A DNA stretch of 64,000 bases from Candidatus Multivoradales bacterium (GCA_965223325.1 CBDCWI010000002.1:3488850-3552849), one strand, 5' to 3'; positions 29,247 to 38,907 are shown, counted from the first letter of the stretch. Numbers and translations are program-made. Notes: generated by a model not told the origin, from the sequence alone.

Positions 29247-29846
29247 GTGGTAGGCGACGGCGATGCGGCAGGGCCCCAAGGAACAGCGGTCGAGCGTGAG
29301 CTCAAGATCGCAGTTGCACACGTCGACACGGTTCGCGCCGCGGTCGAGGCGGCGGGTGGCGAGTACCTGCACGGCCCGAGTTTCGAAGACAACGTGATCT
29401 TCGATCGCGACAGCCGGCTCTACTCGCGCAGCGAGGTCTTGAGATTGCGCACCGACGACCGAGGCTCACGCCTGGCCTGGAAGGGCGCGGCGCACTTCGA
29501 GGACGGGGTCAAGGTCCGCGATGAGCACGAGGTGGCGCTCGATGACCCGGACGCGATCACTGCCATTCTCATCGCCATTGGCTACCAGCCGGTGCGTCGT
29601 TATCAGAAGATTCGCGACGAGTGGCTTCTAGGCGGCTGTCACGTGGCCCTCGACCAGACGCCCATGGGCCACTACGTCGAGGTCGAAGGCGACGAGCCGG
29701 GCGCGGTCTTCGAACTCCTGGGCCTCGATCCAGAGCAGGCCGAGCCGCGTAGCTACCTCAGCCTCTGGAACGACCACCGCAAAGAAAACCCCGAGGAGGG
29801 TGAAGACATGCTCATGCCCGAGCCACCGGCGAGGGGTGCCTCATGA
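29247..29846 (+). CDS. CYTH-domain protein (class IV adenylyl cyclase / triphosphate tunnel metalloenzyme-like)
   Basis: GTG 29247 after GAGGAAG. ERELKIAVAH... is the EhE-type start of CYTH folds. About 199 aa. Confidence 0.6.
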   Translation: MVGDGDAAGPQGTAVERELKIAVAHVDTVRAAVEAAGGEYLHGPSFEDNVIFDRDSRLYSRSEVLRLRTDDRGSRLAWKGAAHFEDGVKVRDEHEVALDDPDAITAILIAIGYQPVRRYQKIRDEWLLGGCHVALDQTPMGHYVEVEGDEPGAVFELLGLDPEQAEPRSYLSLWNDHRKENPEEGEDMLMPEPPARGAS

Positions 29847-30898
29847 GCCGCGCCCCGTACCGAGTCCGGGGCATCGTGGTCGCCGGAGCGGCGGGTCGCC
29901 GCCTCGAGCCGCTCACCAGTTTCGTGCCACCGCTCCTCCTGCCAATTACCGGCGGTCCGGCAATTCGATTTACCCTGCGGGCACTCGAGCGTGCCGGAGT
30001 CGAGCGTGCGACCCTCGTCCTCGGTCCGGAGGGCGAGCGCGTCGAGCGCGTGCTCGGCGACCATTTCGGAGAGCTACCGCTCGACTACAGTCACCGCGAG
30101 ACCGCCGTTGGTTCGTTCGAGGCGTTCAAGGAACTGCCGGACGGTGCGGCAGCGGCCGACGCTCTGGTGGTCGTCGATGCCACGGCGCTTTGCCGCTGGC
30201 CGCTCAAACGCATGTTGCGTCGCCACCGCAAGCGCGAGGCCGATGCGACCCTGCTGCTTTCGAAGCGCGCACGGCCCGCGGAAGAGTCTGGTGTCGTGAC
30301 CGTCGGCCAGAAGGGGCAGATCCTCGCCCTCCGTGACGCCGACCTCGATCTCGAGGCCGGCGAGAAAACCCGCCGGCTGGTGTTTGCGGGTGCCCAGGTG
30401 CTGTCGCCAAAGCTGGTTGCCCAGGGAGGGCCGCGCGGAGACCTCATGCGTGATCTCTACGAGCCACTGATGATTGGCGGCGGCAGGCTGCAGACGGTTA
30501 CAACCGGGCGGCATTGGCACCGCGTCACCAGCATCCGGCGCTACCGCGAGGCAGCGTGGGACTGGGCACACGGCCGTTGGCCACTGCGCGCCTTTCGCTC
30601 GCGCTGGATCGCCTCGGAGGCACGTCTCGGCAACCGCGTCCGCATTCGGCAGAGCGTTCTCGAGGGTGGCGTCGAGGTCGGCGACCGTGCCCGCATCGAT
30701 CGCAGTTCGGTTCTTCCGGGAGCGCGCATTGGCGCCGGTAGTCGGGTCGAGGGGTCGATCATCGCGCCGGGAGTCGAGCTCCCCGAGTCGACACGCGTCT
30801 CGGGTCGCCTGGTCACGCCGCTGACAGCGGGGCGCGACCCCGGCGCCAACGACTCGGTCGTTGGCAAGCTCGTCTATACGCCGATCGGAAAGCGCTGA
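29843..30898 (+). CDS. Sugar-phosphate nucleotidyltransferase (NTP_transferase fold plus C-terminal left-handed beta-helix hexapeptide repeats)
   Basis: GIVVAGAAGRRLEPLT...P is the G-x-G-x-R-L motif. The C-terminus has repeated [LIV]-G-x-x-x-x-[LIV] hexapeptides (RVRIRQSVLEGGVEVGDRARIDRSSVLPGARIGAGSRVEGSIIAPG). Confidence 0.7.
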   Translation: MSRAPYRVRGIVVAGAAGRRLEPLTSFVPPLLLPITGGPAIRFTLRALERAGVERATLVLGPEGERVERVLGDHFGELPLDYSHRETAVGSFEAFKELPDGAAAADALVVVDATALCRWPLKRMLRRHRKREADATLLLSKRARPAEESGVVTVGQKGQILALRDADLDLEAGEKTRRLVFAGAQVLSPKLVAQGGPRGDLMRDLYEPLMIGGGRLQTVTTGRHWHRVTSIRRYREAAWDWAHGRWPLRAFRSRWIASEARLGNRVRIRQSVLEGGVEVGDRARIDRSSVLPGARIGAGSRVEGSIIAPGVELPESTRVSGRLVTPLTAGRDPGANDSVVGKLVYTPIGKR

Positions 30899-30899
30899 G

Positions 30900-31562
30900 G
30901 TGGCAAGACCCCACCTCGTGGTCTTCGACTGGGACGGCACCCTCTCCGACTCGGTCGGAGCGATCGTTGGCTGCGCTCAGGAGGCATTGGCGGCCGCCGG
31001 GCTCACCGGCCGCGACGAAGACATCCGTCAGACCATTGGCCTGGGCCTCGATGTCTCGGTGCCGCGCTGGAGCCCGGGCATCAGCGAGGCCGACCAGGCC
31101 AGGGTGCTGGCTGCCTATCGTTCGCGTTGGATCGGCCATTGGTCTGCCACTGGAGGCTTGTTCGAGTTCGCCCCCACCCTCCTCGCCGCGCTCGCAGAAG
31201 ACGGCCACCTGTTGGCGATTGCTACCGGCAAGAGCCGCGCTGGCCTGGTTCGCGACCTCGACAAAGCCGAACGGGTCGGAACGCCCGTCCGGCGAATGTT
31301 TGCCGGCTCGCGCACCGTCGACGAAGCGCCAGCGAAACCGGCGCCCGGCATGCTGATCGAGCTCATGGATGAGCTCGGGGCGCGGCGCGAGACAACGATC
31401 ATGGTCGGCGATACGACGCATGACCTCGAAATGGCGCGTGCCGCAGGCTGTGTTTCCGTCGGCGTCCTCTCGGGTGCGATGGAGAGCGAAGAACTCGCCC
31501 CCCTTGCCGACGAAGTGCTTCCCGATGCCGCGGGGCTCTTGCAGTGGCTGGCGAGGCGGTGA
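30900..31562 (+). CDS. HAD-superfamily hydrolase (phosphatase, phosphoglycolate-phosphatase-like subfamily)
   Basis: GTG 30900 directly after the upstream stop. Motif I VVFDWDGTL. Motif IV MVGDTTHDLEMARAAG. Confidence 0.75.
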   Translation: MARPHLVVFDWDGTLSDSVGAIVGCAQEALAAAGLTGRDEDIRQTIGLGLDVSVPRWSPGISEADQARVLAAYRSRWIGHWSATGGLFEFAPTLLAALAEDGHLLAIATGKSRAGLVRDLDKAERVGTPVRRMFAGSRTVDEAPAKPAPGMLIELMDELGARRETTIMVGDTTHDLEMARAAGCVSVGVLSGAMESEELAPLADEVLPDAAGLLQWLARR

Positions 31563-32638
31563 CCACTCCGCGCATTCTCGGCGTGGCGCACGCGTTGCCC
31601 GAGCACTACTACGACCAGGAAACGCTTCTCGCCCGTCTCGAAAAGGAATGGCAGGCGAAACACTACAACCCCGATCGACTACGCCGCTTGCATGAAAACG
31701 TTCTGGTGGGCGGCCGCCATTTGGCACTACCGATTGAGCGTTACGACGCGCTCTCAGGCTTCGGTGCCACCAACGATGCCTGGATCGAAGCGGCGTTGGC
31801 GCTCGGCGAGCGAGCTGTCACCGCCGCTCTCGAGGAAGCCGCGGTTTCAGTGGGCGAGGTTTCGGCAATGTTCTTCGTGTCCGTCACCGGCCTGGCGACT
31901 CCGTCGCTCGACGCCCGCCTGATGAACCGGATCGCCTTCAAACCGGACCTCAAGCGTATCCCGATCTTCGGCCTCGGCTGCCTCGCCGGTGCGGCGGGAA
32001 CCGCGCGCGCCAGCGAGTACGTGCGCGCCTTTCCAGGCGAAGTCGCGGTTCTGCTCTCGGTCGAACTGTGTTCGCTGACCCTGCAGCGCGAAGACCTTTC
32101 GATTCCCAACCTGATTGCGAGCGGCCTGTTCGGCGACGGTGCAGCGGCAGTGGTGCTGGGCGGAGAGAATCGTGCAAGTTCAGAGCACCCGTTAGTCGTC
32201 GACACGGCGTCTTCGTTCTACCGTGACACCGAAGGGGTGATGGGCTGGCAGATCAGCGAGCGCGGTTTTCAAGTGGTGCTGTCGGCCGAGGTTCCGAAGA
32301 TGGTCGACACCCACCTTCGTCGCGACGTCGATGCGTTTCTCGCTCGCCACGGCTTGACCGTTGCGGAGATCGAGCACTGGGTTTGTCACCCCGGTGGACC
32401 GAAGGTTCTAGAAGCCATGGCGCGGACCCTCGAGTTGCCCGCCGCCGCCCTGGAGCGCACCTGGCGTTCGCTACGCGAAGTCGGCAACCTGTCTTCGACC
32501 TCGGTGCTCCTGGTACTTGAAGAAACCCTGCGCGAGGGAGCGGCTCGCCCGGGAGACCACGGCGTGATGCTTGCCATGGGGCCAGGGTTCTCTTCCGAGC
32601 TGGTCCTGCTTCGATGGCCCGGGGAAGAATCGCGATGA
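31544..32638 (+). CDS. Type III polyketide synthase (chalcone/stilbene synthase superfamily)
   Basis: Catalytic Cys in FGLGCLAGAAG, His in HWVCHPGGPKVL, Asn in VGNLSSTSVLLVL. About 360 aa. GTG start at 31544 or 31559, overlapping the HAD stop. Confidence 0.9.
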   Translation: MAGEAVTTPRILGVAHALPEHYYDQETLLARLEKEWQAKHYNPDRLRRLHENVLVGGRHLALPIERYDALSGFGATNDAWIEAALALGERAVTAALEEAAVSVGEVSAMFFVSVTGLATPSLDARLMNRIAFKPDLKRIPIFGLGCLAGAAGTARASEYVRAFPGEVAVLLSVELCSLTLQREDLSIPNLIASGLFGDGAAAVVLGGENRASSEHPLVVDTASSFYRDTEGVMGWQISERGFQVVLSAEVPKMVDTHLRRDVDAFLARHGLTVAEIEHWVCHPGGPKVLEAMARTLELPAAALERTWRSLREVGNLSSTSVLLVLEETLREGAARPGDHGVMLAMGPGFSSELVLLRWPGEESR

Positions 32639-33204
32639 GCGCCTCACAAGTCCTCTTCCTGGCGCTCACGGGCCTTGTAGCCATCGAGCGCCTCGTCGAA
32701 CTACGCGTTTCGACCAAGAACGCACGCCGCGCCCTGGCGCAGGGGGCGGTTGAAACTGGCCGGGGCCACTACCCCTTCATGGTGGCCATGCACACCGCGT
32801 TTCTCGTTGCCGCGCCCCTAGAGGTCCTGCTCCTCGACCGTCCCTTCAGCCCGCTTCCCGCCGCGTTGATGGTAACGCTGGTTCTCCTGGCGCAGGCTCT
32901 GCGCTGGTGGACGATTCACACCCTGGGCGATCGCTGGACGACGCGCATCATCTGCCGCCCGGGGGACCGGGTGGTCAAAGGCGGCCCATTCCGTTTCCTG
33001 CGCCACCCCAACTACCTGGCGGTGGTGATCGAGATGCTCGCACTGCCAATGGTGCACAACGCATTCGTCACGGCGATTCTCTTCTTTGTCCTCAACGGTC
33101 TGGTGTTGCGCGCTCGCGTGGCTGCCGAAGAGGAGGCGCTGGGGCGCCTCACCGATTGGGACTCGGTTTTCAGTGCCGGTCGCGAGCGCGGTAGGGCACA
33201 ATGA
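32614..33204 (+). CDS. Membrane methyltransferase of the isoprenylcysteine carboxyl methyltransferase (ICMT) / phospholipid methyltransferase family
   Basis: RHPNYLAVVIEMLALP and the EE...L C-terminal motif. About five TM segments. The start is probably ATG 32635, giving an ATGA overlap with the PKS stop. Confidence 0.8.
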   Translation: MARGRIAMSASQVLFLALTGLVAIERLVELRVSTKNARRALAQGAVETGRGHYPFMVAMHTAFLVAAPLEVLLLDRPFSPLPAALMVTLVLLAQALRWWTIHTLGDRWTTRIICRPGDRVVKGGPFRFLRHPNYLAVVIEMLALPMVHNAFVTAILFFVLNGLVLRARVAAEEEALGRLTDWDSVFSAGRERGRAQ

Positions 33205-33503
33205 CCGAGGAAACCCGTCGCAGAGCGACCGTATGCGAGATCCTGTCCCTTGCCGCTGAGCTGGTTCCGGGCCAGGTAGCGACCGATCTCGAAGAACGAA
33301 TGGAACGCGGTTTACCCTCCGAGGATCTGCGCGTGGTTGAAGACCTCGGCCTCGACTCCGTCACGCTCCTGACCCTCGCTGTCGAGGTCGAAGATCATTT
33401 CAAGGTCTGCCTCGACGCCGATGACGAGGAGGCCATCGTGACCCTCGGCGATCTCGCCGACATAGTCTTGAGAAGAAAGTCTTCGACCGGCACCACTCTC
33501 TGA
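33201..33503 (+). CDS. Acyl carrier protein (phosphopantetheine-binding)
   Basis: LGLDSVTLLTL matches the DSL-type phosphopantetheine attachment site. About 100 aa, acidic. ATGA overlap with the upstream gene. Confidence 0.75.
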   Translation: MTEETRRRATVCEILSLAAELVPGQVATDLEERMERGLPSEDLRVVEDLGLDSVTLLTLAVEVEDHFKVCLDADDEEAIVTLGDLADIVLRRKSSTGTTL

Positions 33504-33509
33504 GGCCCC

Positions 33510-35363
33510 ATGACCATCTCCCGAACACTGACCGCTGCCCTCTATGACGCGGGCCGTTCGCAACGCGGCGCCGAGACCGGCTTGCGCTTTCTCGATCGTC
33601 ACGAGCGCGAAGAACTGGTTACCTGGAACGAAATCTGGAAGCGCGCCCGCGCCTTGCAACAGGCGCTTGCGGGAGAGGGCGGGGCGACCGGGCAGGCCGG
33701 GGTGGTGCCCGGCCAGCGCATCGCGATCATCTACCCGACCGTGCCAGGCTTCTTCGACGCCTTTTTAGGTGTCTTGATGGCCGGGGCGATTCCGGTGCCG
33801 CTTTATCCGCCCGTGCGCCTGGGGCGCCTTGACGAGTACCACCGCCGGACCGCACGGATGCTTGATCTGGTCGATGCCACGGGTGTCTTGGCCGACACCG
33901 GTGTGGCACGCCTTCTCGGCGAGACGCTGGCAGCAAGTGCAGCCCGGCCCTGGCTCTTGACGCCACGTGACCTGCGGCCGGTGTCAACTGCCCGCGACAC
34001 GGAGTCCGGCGCCCCACGCTGGCCGCCGCCGATCCATGCCGATGGTGGTGGGTTGGCGATGGTTCAGTTCTCCTCGGGGACGACGCGCGAGCCCAAGCCG
34101 GTGGCGCTCAGCCACCGGGCGGTTCTCGCTCAGGCCCGCATGCTGGCGAGTCATTTTCCAGACGGCGGCCGAGGAGGAGACGCTGGGCGCACCCAGAGCG
34201 GCGTCAGCTGGCTGCCGCTCTACCACGACATGGGTTTGATCGGCTGCGTGTTCACAGCCCTGGTGCGTGCTGCCGACCTCACCCTTTTGCCACCCGAAGC
34301 GTTCCTCGCCCGTCCGGCGCTCTGGCTGCGGGCGATCTCGAAGGCTCGCGCCACCGTTTCGCCGGCGCCAAACTTCGCCTACTCACTGTGTGTCGATCGC
34401 ATTCGCGACGAAGAGCTCGAGGGAGTCGATCTGTCGTCCTGGCAGGTGGCGCTCAACGGTGCCGAAGCGGTCACGCCAGGGGTCTTGCGTCGCTTCAGCG
34501 AGCGCTTTGGCGCCTGGGGCTTCAGGGCCGAAGCTCTAACGCCGGTCTATGGCCTCGCCGAGGCTTCGCTAGCGGTGACGTTTTCTCCCCCCGAGGAGCG
34601 CTTCTTGATCGAACGTTTCGACCAACAGCAACTCGAAACGCGGGGGCTTGCCGAACCGCTTGCGGCGGGCTCGGAAGAGTCGGCGGTCGAGCTGGTCTCG
34701 GTTGGTCGCCCCGTGCCGGGCTTCGACCTCGAGATTCGAAGCGAAGAAGGCAGGCAGCTGCCCGAGGGTGAGGTCGGCGAGATCTACACGCGCGGCCCGT
34801 CGCTCATGGCTGGCTACCTGGGAATGCCCGAAGAGACCGAGCAGGCGCTCGAAGACGGCTGGCTGCGAACAGGGGATGAAGGCTTCGTCTTTGGCGGCGA
34901 CCTCTATGTCACCGGCCGCACCCAGGACCTGGTGATCGTTCGTGGTCGCAACCACTCTCCCGAGCTCATCGAAGAGGCTGCTTCGCGGGTCCCGGGTGTG
35001 CGCACGGGGTGTGTCGTTGCGGCCGGTCATCGCTTCGAGGCGCAGGCGACCGAGTCGCTCGTGGTCTTTGCCGAGCGTGCGCGCGGCGAACGTCCGGTTG
35101 ACGCCCTGATCGAGAGCGGCGTTCGAGGCGAGGTGCTTTCTGCGGTGGGGCTCGAACCCGGCGAGGTGATTCTGCTCGAGCCCGGCGTACTGCCGCGGAC
35201 GTCGTCGGGCAAGCTCCGGCGCCGAGAGGCCCTCAAGCAACACCTCCAGGGGCAGCTCGAGGCGCGGCCCGGCCTGTCGCCGGTGCGGCTGGCGCTTGCT
35301 TTGTGGCGTTCGGCGCGCGCTCGCCGAATTCTGTCCCGAAGCCTGCCGCGCGAGCGCTCGTGA
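33510..35363 (+). CDS. Fatty acyl-AMP ligase / acyl-CoA synthetase-like adenylating enzyme
   Basis: AMP-binding motifs VQFSSGTTREPK, YGLAEAS, TGD...GR and the SGK of the A10 region (PRTSSGKLRRRE). An insertion typical of FAAL-type enzymes. Confidence 0.85.
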   Translation: MTISRTLTAALYDAGRSQRGAETGLRFLDRHEREELVTWNEIWKRARALQQALAGEGGATGQAGVVPGQRIAIIYPTVPGFFDAFLGVLMAGAIPVPLYPPVRLGRLDEYHRRTARMLDLVDATGVLADTGVARLLGETLAASAARPWLLTPRDLRPVSTARDTESGAPRWPPPIHADGGGLAMVQFSSGTTREPKPVALSHRAVLAQARMLASHFPDGGRGGDAGRTQSGVSWLPLYHDMGLIGCVFTALVRAADLTLLPPEAFLARPALWLRAISKARATVSPAPNFAYSLCVDRIRDEELEGVDLSSWQVALNGAEAVTPGVLRRFSERFGAWGFRAEALTPVYGLAEASLAVTFSPPEERFLIERFDQQQLETRGLAEPLAAGSEESAVELVSVGRPVPGFDLEIRSEEGRQLPEGEVGEIYTRGPSLMAGYLGMPEETEQALEDGWLRTGDEGFVFGGDLYVTGRTQDLVIVRGRNHSPELIEEAASRVPGVRTGCVVAAGHRFEAQATESLVVFAERARGERPVDALIESGVRGEVLSAVGLEPGEVILLEPGVLPRTSSGKLRRREALKQHLQGQLEARPGLSPVRLALALWRSARARRILSRSLPRERS

Positions 35364-36619
35364 CCACAGCGGCCAGCGGCCCGCAGGTGGTGGTGGTGGG
35401 CGCTGGACCAACCGGCCTGGCTGTGGCCATTGGTCTTGCGCGCTCAGGAGTTCGCGTTCGGGTTCTCGAGCGCCGGCGCCTGGCCGAACCGGGCGCTGGC
35501 CTCGACAAGCCCTGCGGCGAGGGGTTGATGCCCGACGCGGTGGCTCATCTCGAGCAACTGGGCGTCGATCTACGGCGGTTACCCAGGGCGCCGTTCGGGG
35601 GCATTCGATGGTTCGATACCGAATCGGGCGCGTCGGTCGAAGGGCGCTTTCCCGGGGGGCCGGGCCTGGGCGTCCGGCGAACGGTGCTCTATCGTGCGCT
35701 GATTGAGCGGGCGCAAGAAGTGGGCGTCGGGGTTTCGTACGGCGAACGAGGCGTGCGGTTGATCGAGCAGAGCCCGAACCGTTATGCGTTGGTGACCGAC
35801 GCGCGGCGGTACGAGCCGGCGGCGATCGTGGGCGCCGATGGCCTACGCTCGCGGCTGCGAAGCGATGCGGGTCTCCTGGGGCGATCTCGTTTCCAGACAG
35901 AGCGATTTGGAATCAGGCAGCACTTCAGCCTGCCGCAGCCATGGTCGAAGAAAGCCCGACCGGCGGTCGAAGTGTTCTGGGCCGACCGGGCCGAGGCCTA
36001 CGTAACACCGGTCGGGCCGTCTGAGATCGGCATCGCATTGCTGTTCGAGAAGGCGGCACCCGGAGCGGCGCCAACTACGGGCGAACCACCCTTTCAGCGT
36101 CACATGGCGCGTTTCCCGGCCCTTGTCAAAAGGCTCGAAGGTGCCACCCCGGTGTCGAAAGCGCTCGGGACCGGACCGCTGGCCCAATCCGCCCGTGCGG
36201 TGGCCGTACGCAATCTGTTCCTGGTTGGAGATGCTGCCGGCTATGTCGACGCCATCACCGGCGAAGGCCTGGCGGTTGGTTTCGGGGAAGCGCATCACCT
36301 GGCCGGCTGCTTGGCACCGCTGGCTGGTTGTTCAAGCAATGCGCATGAGATCATTGCCGGCGCCCGTCGCGAGTACCCGGTGCACTCGCGGCGAACTCGC
36401 AGGCGCCCCGAGCTCCTGACGCATGCCGCCCTCCGTTTGTCGCGCTCGCGCAGGCTTCGGCGTAGCGTCATCCGCGGCCTGGCTCGCCGGCCTGTCGCCT
36501 TTGACCGGATCCTGGCGCTGCACGTTGGCGAAGGAAAACCATCGGACGCGCTCGGAGAGCTCCTCCCCATCGTCCCCACGCTTGCCCTCGCCCTGTTGCG
36601 GCGACGCTCGCGGAGCTGA
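35303..36619 (+). CDS. FAD-dependent monooxygenase (aromatic-ring hydroxylase type)
   Basis: Probable GTG start at 35360 (GTGA overlap with the upstream stop). GxGxxG VVVVGAGPTGLAVAIGLARSG. GD motif LVGDAAGYVDAITGEGL. Confidence 0.8.
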   Translation: MAFGARSPNSVPKPAARALVTTAASGPQVVVVGAGPTGLAVAIGLARSGVRVRVLERRRLAEPGAGLDKPCGEGLMPDAVAHLEQLGVDLRRLPRAPFGGIRWFDTESGASVEGRFPGGPGLGVRRTVLYRALIERAQEVGVGVSYGERGVRLIEQSPNRYALVTDARRYEPAAIVGADGLRSRLRSDAGLLGRSRFQTERFGIRQHFSLPQPWSKKARPAVEVFWADRAEAYVTPVGPSEIGIALLFEKAAPGAAPTTGEPPFQRHMARFPALVKRLEGATPVSKALGTGPLAQSARAVAVRNLFLVGDAAGYVDAITGEGLAVGFGEAHHLAGCLAPLAGCSSNAHEIIAGARREYPVHSRRTRRRPELLTHAALRLSRSRRLRRSVIRGLARRPVAFDRILALHVGEGKPSDALGELLPIVPTLALALLRRRSRS

Positions 36620-36625
36620 TTTGAC

Positions 36626-36645
36626 ATGCAACCTTAGGGTTGCAT
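36626..36645. promoter_or_regulatory. Inverted repeat ATGCAACC-ttag-GGTTGCAT immediately upstream of the ArsR-family gene, overlapping a TTGACA hexamer (36621-36626)
   Basis: The arms are exact reverse complements. It sits 1 bp upstream of the ATG. Metalloregulator operators are typically such dyads, used for autoregulation. Confidence 0.4.
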
Positions 36646-36975
36646 ATGGTCTCTGCCATCGTGAACCAAGTGTTCGAGGCCATTGCAGATCCGACGCGGC
36701 GACAGATTCTGGGCTACATCCAGGAGTCGGGCCCGCTGTCGGTCAACGAAGTTGCCGAGCCCTTCTCGATCAGTCGCCAGGCGGTCACCAAGCACCTCGA
36801 TGTGCTTTCGAGGGCCGGCCTTGTGCACGTCGAGCGCAGCGGTAGACATCGACTGCACCACGTCGACCCCGCGCCGCTCCGCGCTGTGGCCGAGTGGCTA
36901 GAGCCGTACTCGGCGGCATGGGACGAGCGGTTAGCGCGCCTCGAGAAGTTCCTCGACGACCACCCGGAGGGATAG
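36646..36975 (+). CDS. ArsR/SmtB-family HTH transcriptional regulator
   Basis: ADPTRRQILGYIQESGPLSVNEVAEPFSISRQAVTKHLDVLSRAGLV is a canonical ArsR winged-helix block. Confidence 0.8.
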   Translation: MVSAIVNQVFEAIADPTRRQILGYIQESGPLSVNEVAEPFSISRQAVTKHLDVLSRAGLVHVERSGRHRLHHVDPAPLRAVAEWLEPYSAAWDERLARLEKFLDDHPEG

Positions 36976-36982
36976 AGACGAA

Positions 36983-37402
36983 ATGGACCGAAACGTCATC
37001 GAAAAGAGGCTCGAGCTCGAAGCCTCGCCCGAGCGAGTATGGAAGGCGATCACCGACCCAGAAGAGGTCAAGCAGTGGTTCGGTGACGGCTGCTCGTGGA
37101 AGCTCGAGCCGGGCCACAACGGGTATCTGTCGTGGCAGAAGTACGGGCGTTTCGCGGTACGCATCGAAGCGGTCGAGGCGCCCAGGAGCCTTGCGTGGCG
37201 GTGGACGAGCCGCGCCGATACGCCGATCGAGGCCGACAACTCGACCCTGGTGGAGTGGGAGCTCCGCCCGCGAGACGACGGCGGAACCACATTGTTGCTG
37301 CGCGAGAGTGGGTTCCAGACTCCCGAAAGCTGGAAGGAGAACAACGAGGGTTGGGACGAAGAGCTCGGCGAGCTGTGCGTTTTGCTTGGCGCGCAGGCCT
37401 GA
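36983..37402 (+). CDS. SRPBCC-superfamily protein (AHSA1 / activator-of-Hsp90-ATPase-homologue-like)
   Basis: The beginning reads WKAITDPEEVKQWFG. About 139 aa. The ArsR + AHSA1-like pair is a frequent gene couple. Confidence 0.65.
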   Translation: MDRNVIEKRLELEASPERVWKAITDPEEVKQWFGDGCSWKLEPGHNGYLSWQKYGRFAVRIEAVEAPRSLAWRWTSRADTPIEADNSTLVEWELRPRDDGGTTLLLRESGFQTPESWKENNEGWDEELGELCVLLGAQA

Positions 37403-37405
37403 GGG

Positions 37406-38902
37406 TCAGGCCAGCACCGAGAGCTCGGTCTGGCAGCGCGGTAGCCGGCTGGCGGTGCCCGTCAGGTACTCGTCGATAGCGGCAGCCGCCCCGCGGCCTT
37501 CGTTGATTGCCCAGACCACGAGGCTCTGCCCGCGGCGGCAGTCGCCGGCGGCGAAGACTCCTTCGGCCGAGGTGTTGAAGCGCCCGTACGGGGCGCTGAT
37601 GTTTGAGCGCTCGTCGGTTTCGAGACCAAAGGCCGCAGCGAGGGTCGCTTCGGGGCCGAGAAACCCCATCGCCAAGAGCACAAGGTCTGCCTCGAACGTT
37701 TCGTTGCTACCGGGCACTTCCTGCATCGCGAAGCGACCGCCGGCGCCCTTCGTCCATTCCACCCGAACGGTTTCGATGCCGGTGACATGACCGTTGTCAT
37801 TGCCGATGAAGCGCTTCGAGAGCACGTTGTACTCCCGTGGATCCCGGCCGAAGCGCGCCTCGGCTTCGCTGTGACCGTAGTCGACCCGAAAGATGCGTGG
37901 CCACAACGGCCACGGGTTGTCGGCAGCGCGCTCCTCAGGTGGACGATCGAGCAGTTCGAAGTTGACCATCGACCGGCAGCCGTGGCGAATCGACGTGCCG
38001 ATGCAGTCGGTACCCGTGTCGCCGCCACCGATCACCACGACCCTTCTGCCTTCGGCAGAAAAGAATCCCGCGCTGGGCTCTCTATCGAGCAACGAGCGCG
38101 TGTTCTCGGTCAGGAAGTCCATCGCGAAGTGAATGCCGTCGAGATCGCGACCAGGGATCTCGAGGTCGCGCGGCCTGGTCGCACCGCAGGCCAGAAGAAG
38201 TGCGTCGTGGTTCTGCCGGAGCGCCTCTGGGTCGACGTTCACGCCAACGTCCGCGCCAGTCTCAAAGGTCACGCCTTCGGCCTCCATCAGATTCAACCGG
38301 CGTTCGACGACGCGACGCTTGTCGAGCTTCATATTGGGAATGCCATACATCAGAAGCCCGCCCGGGCGGTCCTCGCGTTCAAAGACGGTCACTGTGTGGC
38401 CGGCGCGATTGAGTTGGTCTGCAGCCGCAAGGCCCGCCGGGCCGGAGCCAACGATCGCTACCGTCTTGCCAGAACGTTCGTGCGGCGGCCGCGGCTCGAC
38501 CCAGCCTTCGGCGAAACCGCGGTCGATGATCGCGTTCTCGATGTTCTTGATCGTCACCGGCGGCGAGGTGATGCCGAGGACACAGGAACCCTCGCAGGGT
38601 GCTGGGCACACGCGGCCGGTGAACTCGGGGAAGTTGTTGGTGCGGTGGAGTCGGTCGAGAGCAGTCTTCCAGCGCCCGCGATAGATCAGGTCGTTCCATT
38701 CGGGAATCAGATTGTCGACCGGGCAGCCGGTATCTGACTGGCAGAAGGGAACGCCGCAGTCCATGCAGCGCGCTCCCTGGCCACGTAGATGTTCCTCCGC
38801 AACCGGCTCGTAGAACTCGCGCCAATGTTCAATGCGCCGCAGCGGATCGGCGTACGGCACAGTCTGCCGATCGATCTCGAGAAACCCCGTCTTCTTGCCC
38901 AT
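37406..38902 (-). CDS. gltD: Glutamate synthase (NADPH) small subunit
   Basis: ORF 37406..39157. I trimmed it to ATG 38902 ([13 protein letters not shown]...). Fe-S Cys clusters: [21 protein letters not shown](P)-binding [11 protein letters not shown] and [10 protein letters not shown]. Confidence 0.9.
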   Translation of the reverse strand: MGKKTGFLEIDRQTVPYADPLRRIEHWREFYEPVAEEHLRGQGARCMDCGVPFCQSDTGCPVDNLIPEWNDLIYRGRWKTALDRLHRTNNFPEFTGRVCPAPCEGSCVLGITSPPVTIKNIENAIIDRGFAEGWVEPRPPHERSGKTVAIVGSGPAGLAAADQLNRAGHTVTVFEREDRPGGLLMYGIPNMKLDKRRVVERRLNLMEAEGVTFETGADVGVNVDPEALRQNHDALLLACGATRPRDLEIPGRDLDGIHFAMDFLTENTRSLLDREPSAGFFSAEGRRVVVIGGGDTGTDCIGTSIRHGCRSMVNFELLDRPPEERAADNPWPLWPRIFRVDYGHSEAEARFGRDPREYNVLSKRFIGNDNGHVTGIETVRVEWTKGAGGRFAMQEVPGSNETFEADLVLLAMGFLGPEATLAAAFGLETDERSNISAPYGRFNTSAEGVFAAGDCRRGQSLVVWAINEGRGAAAAIDEYLTGTASRLPRCQTELSVLA

Positions 38903-38907
38903 CGTCG

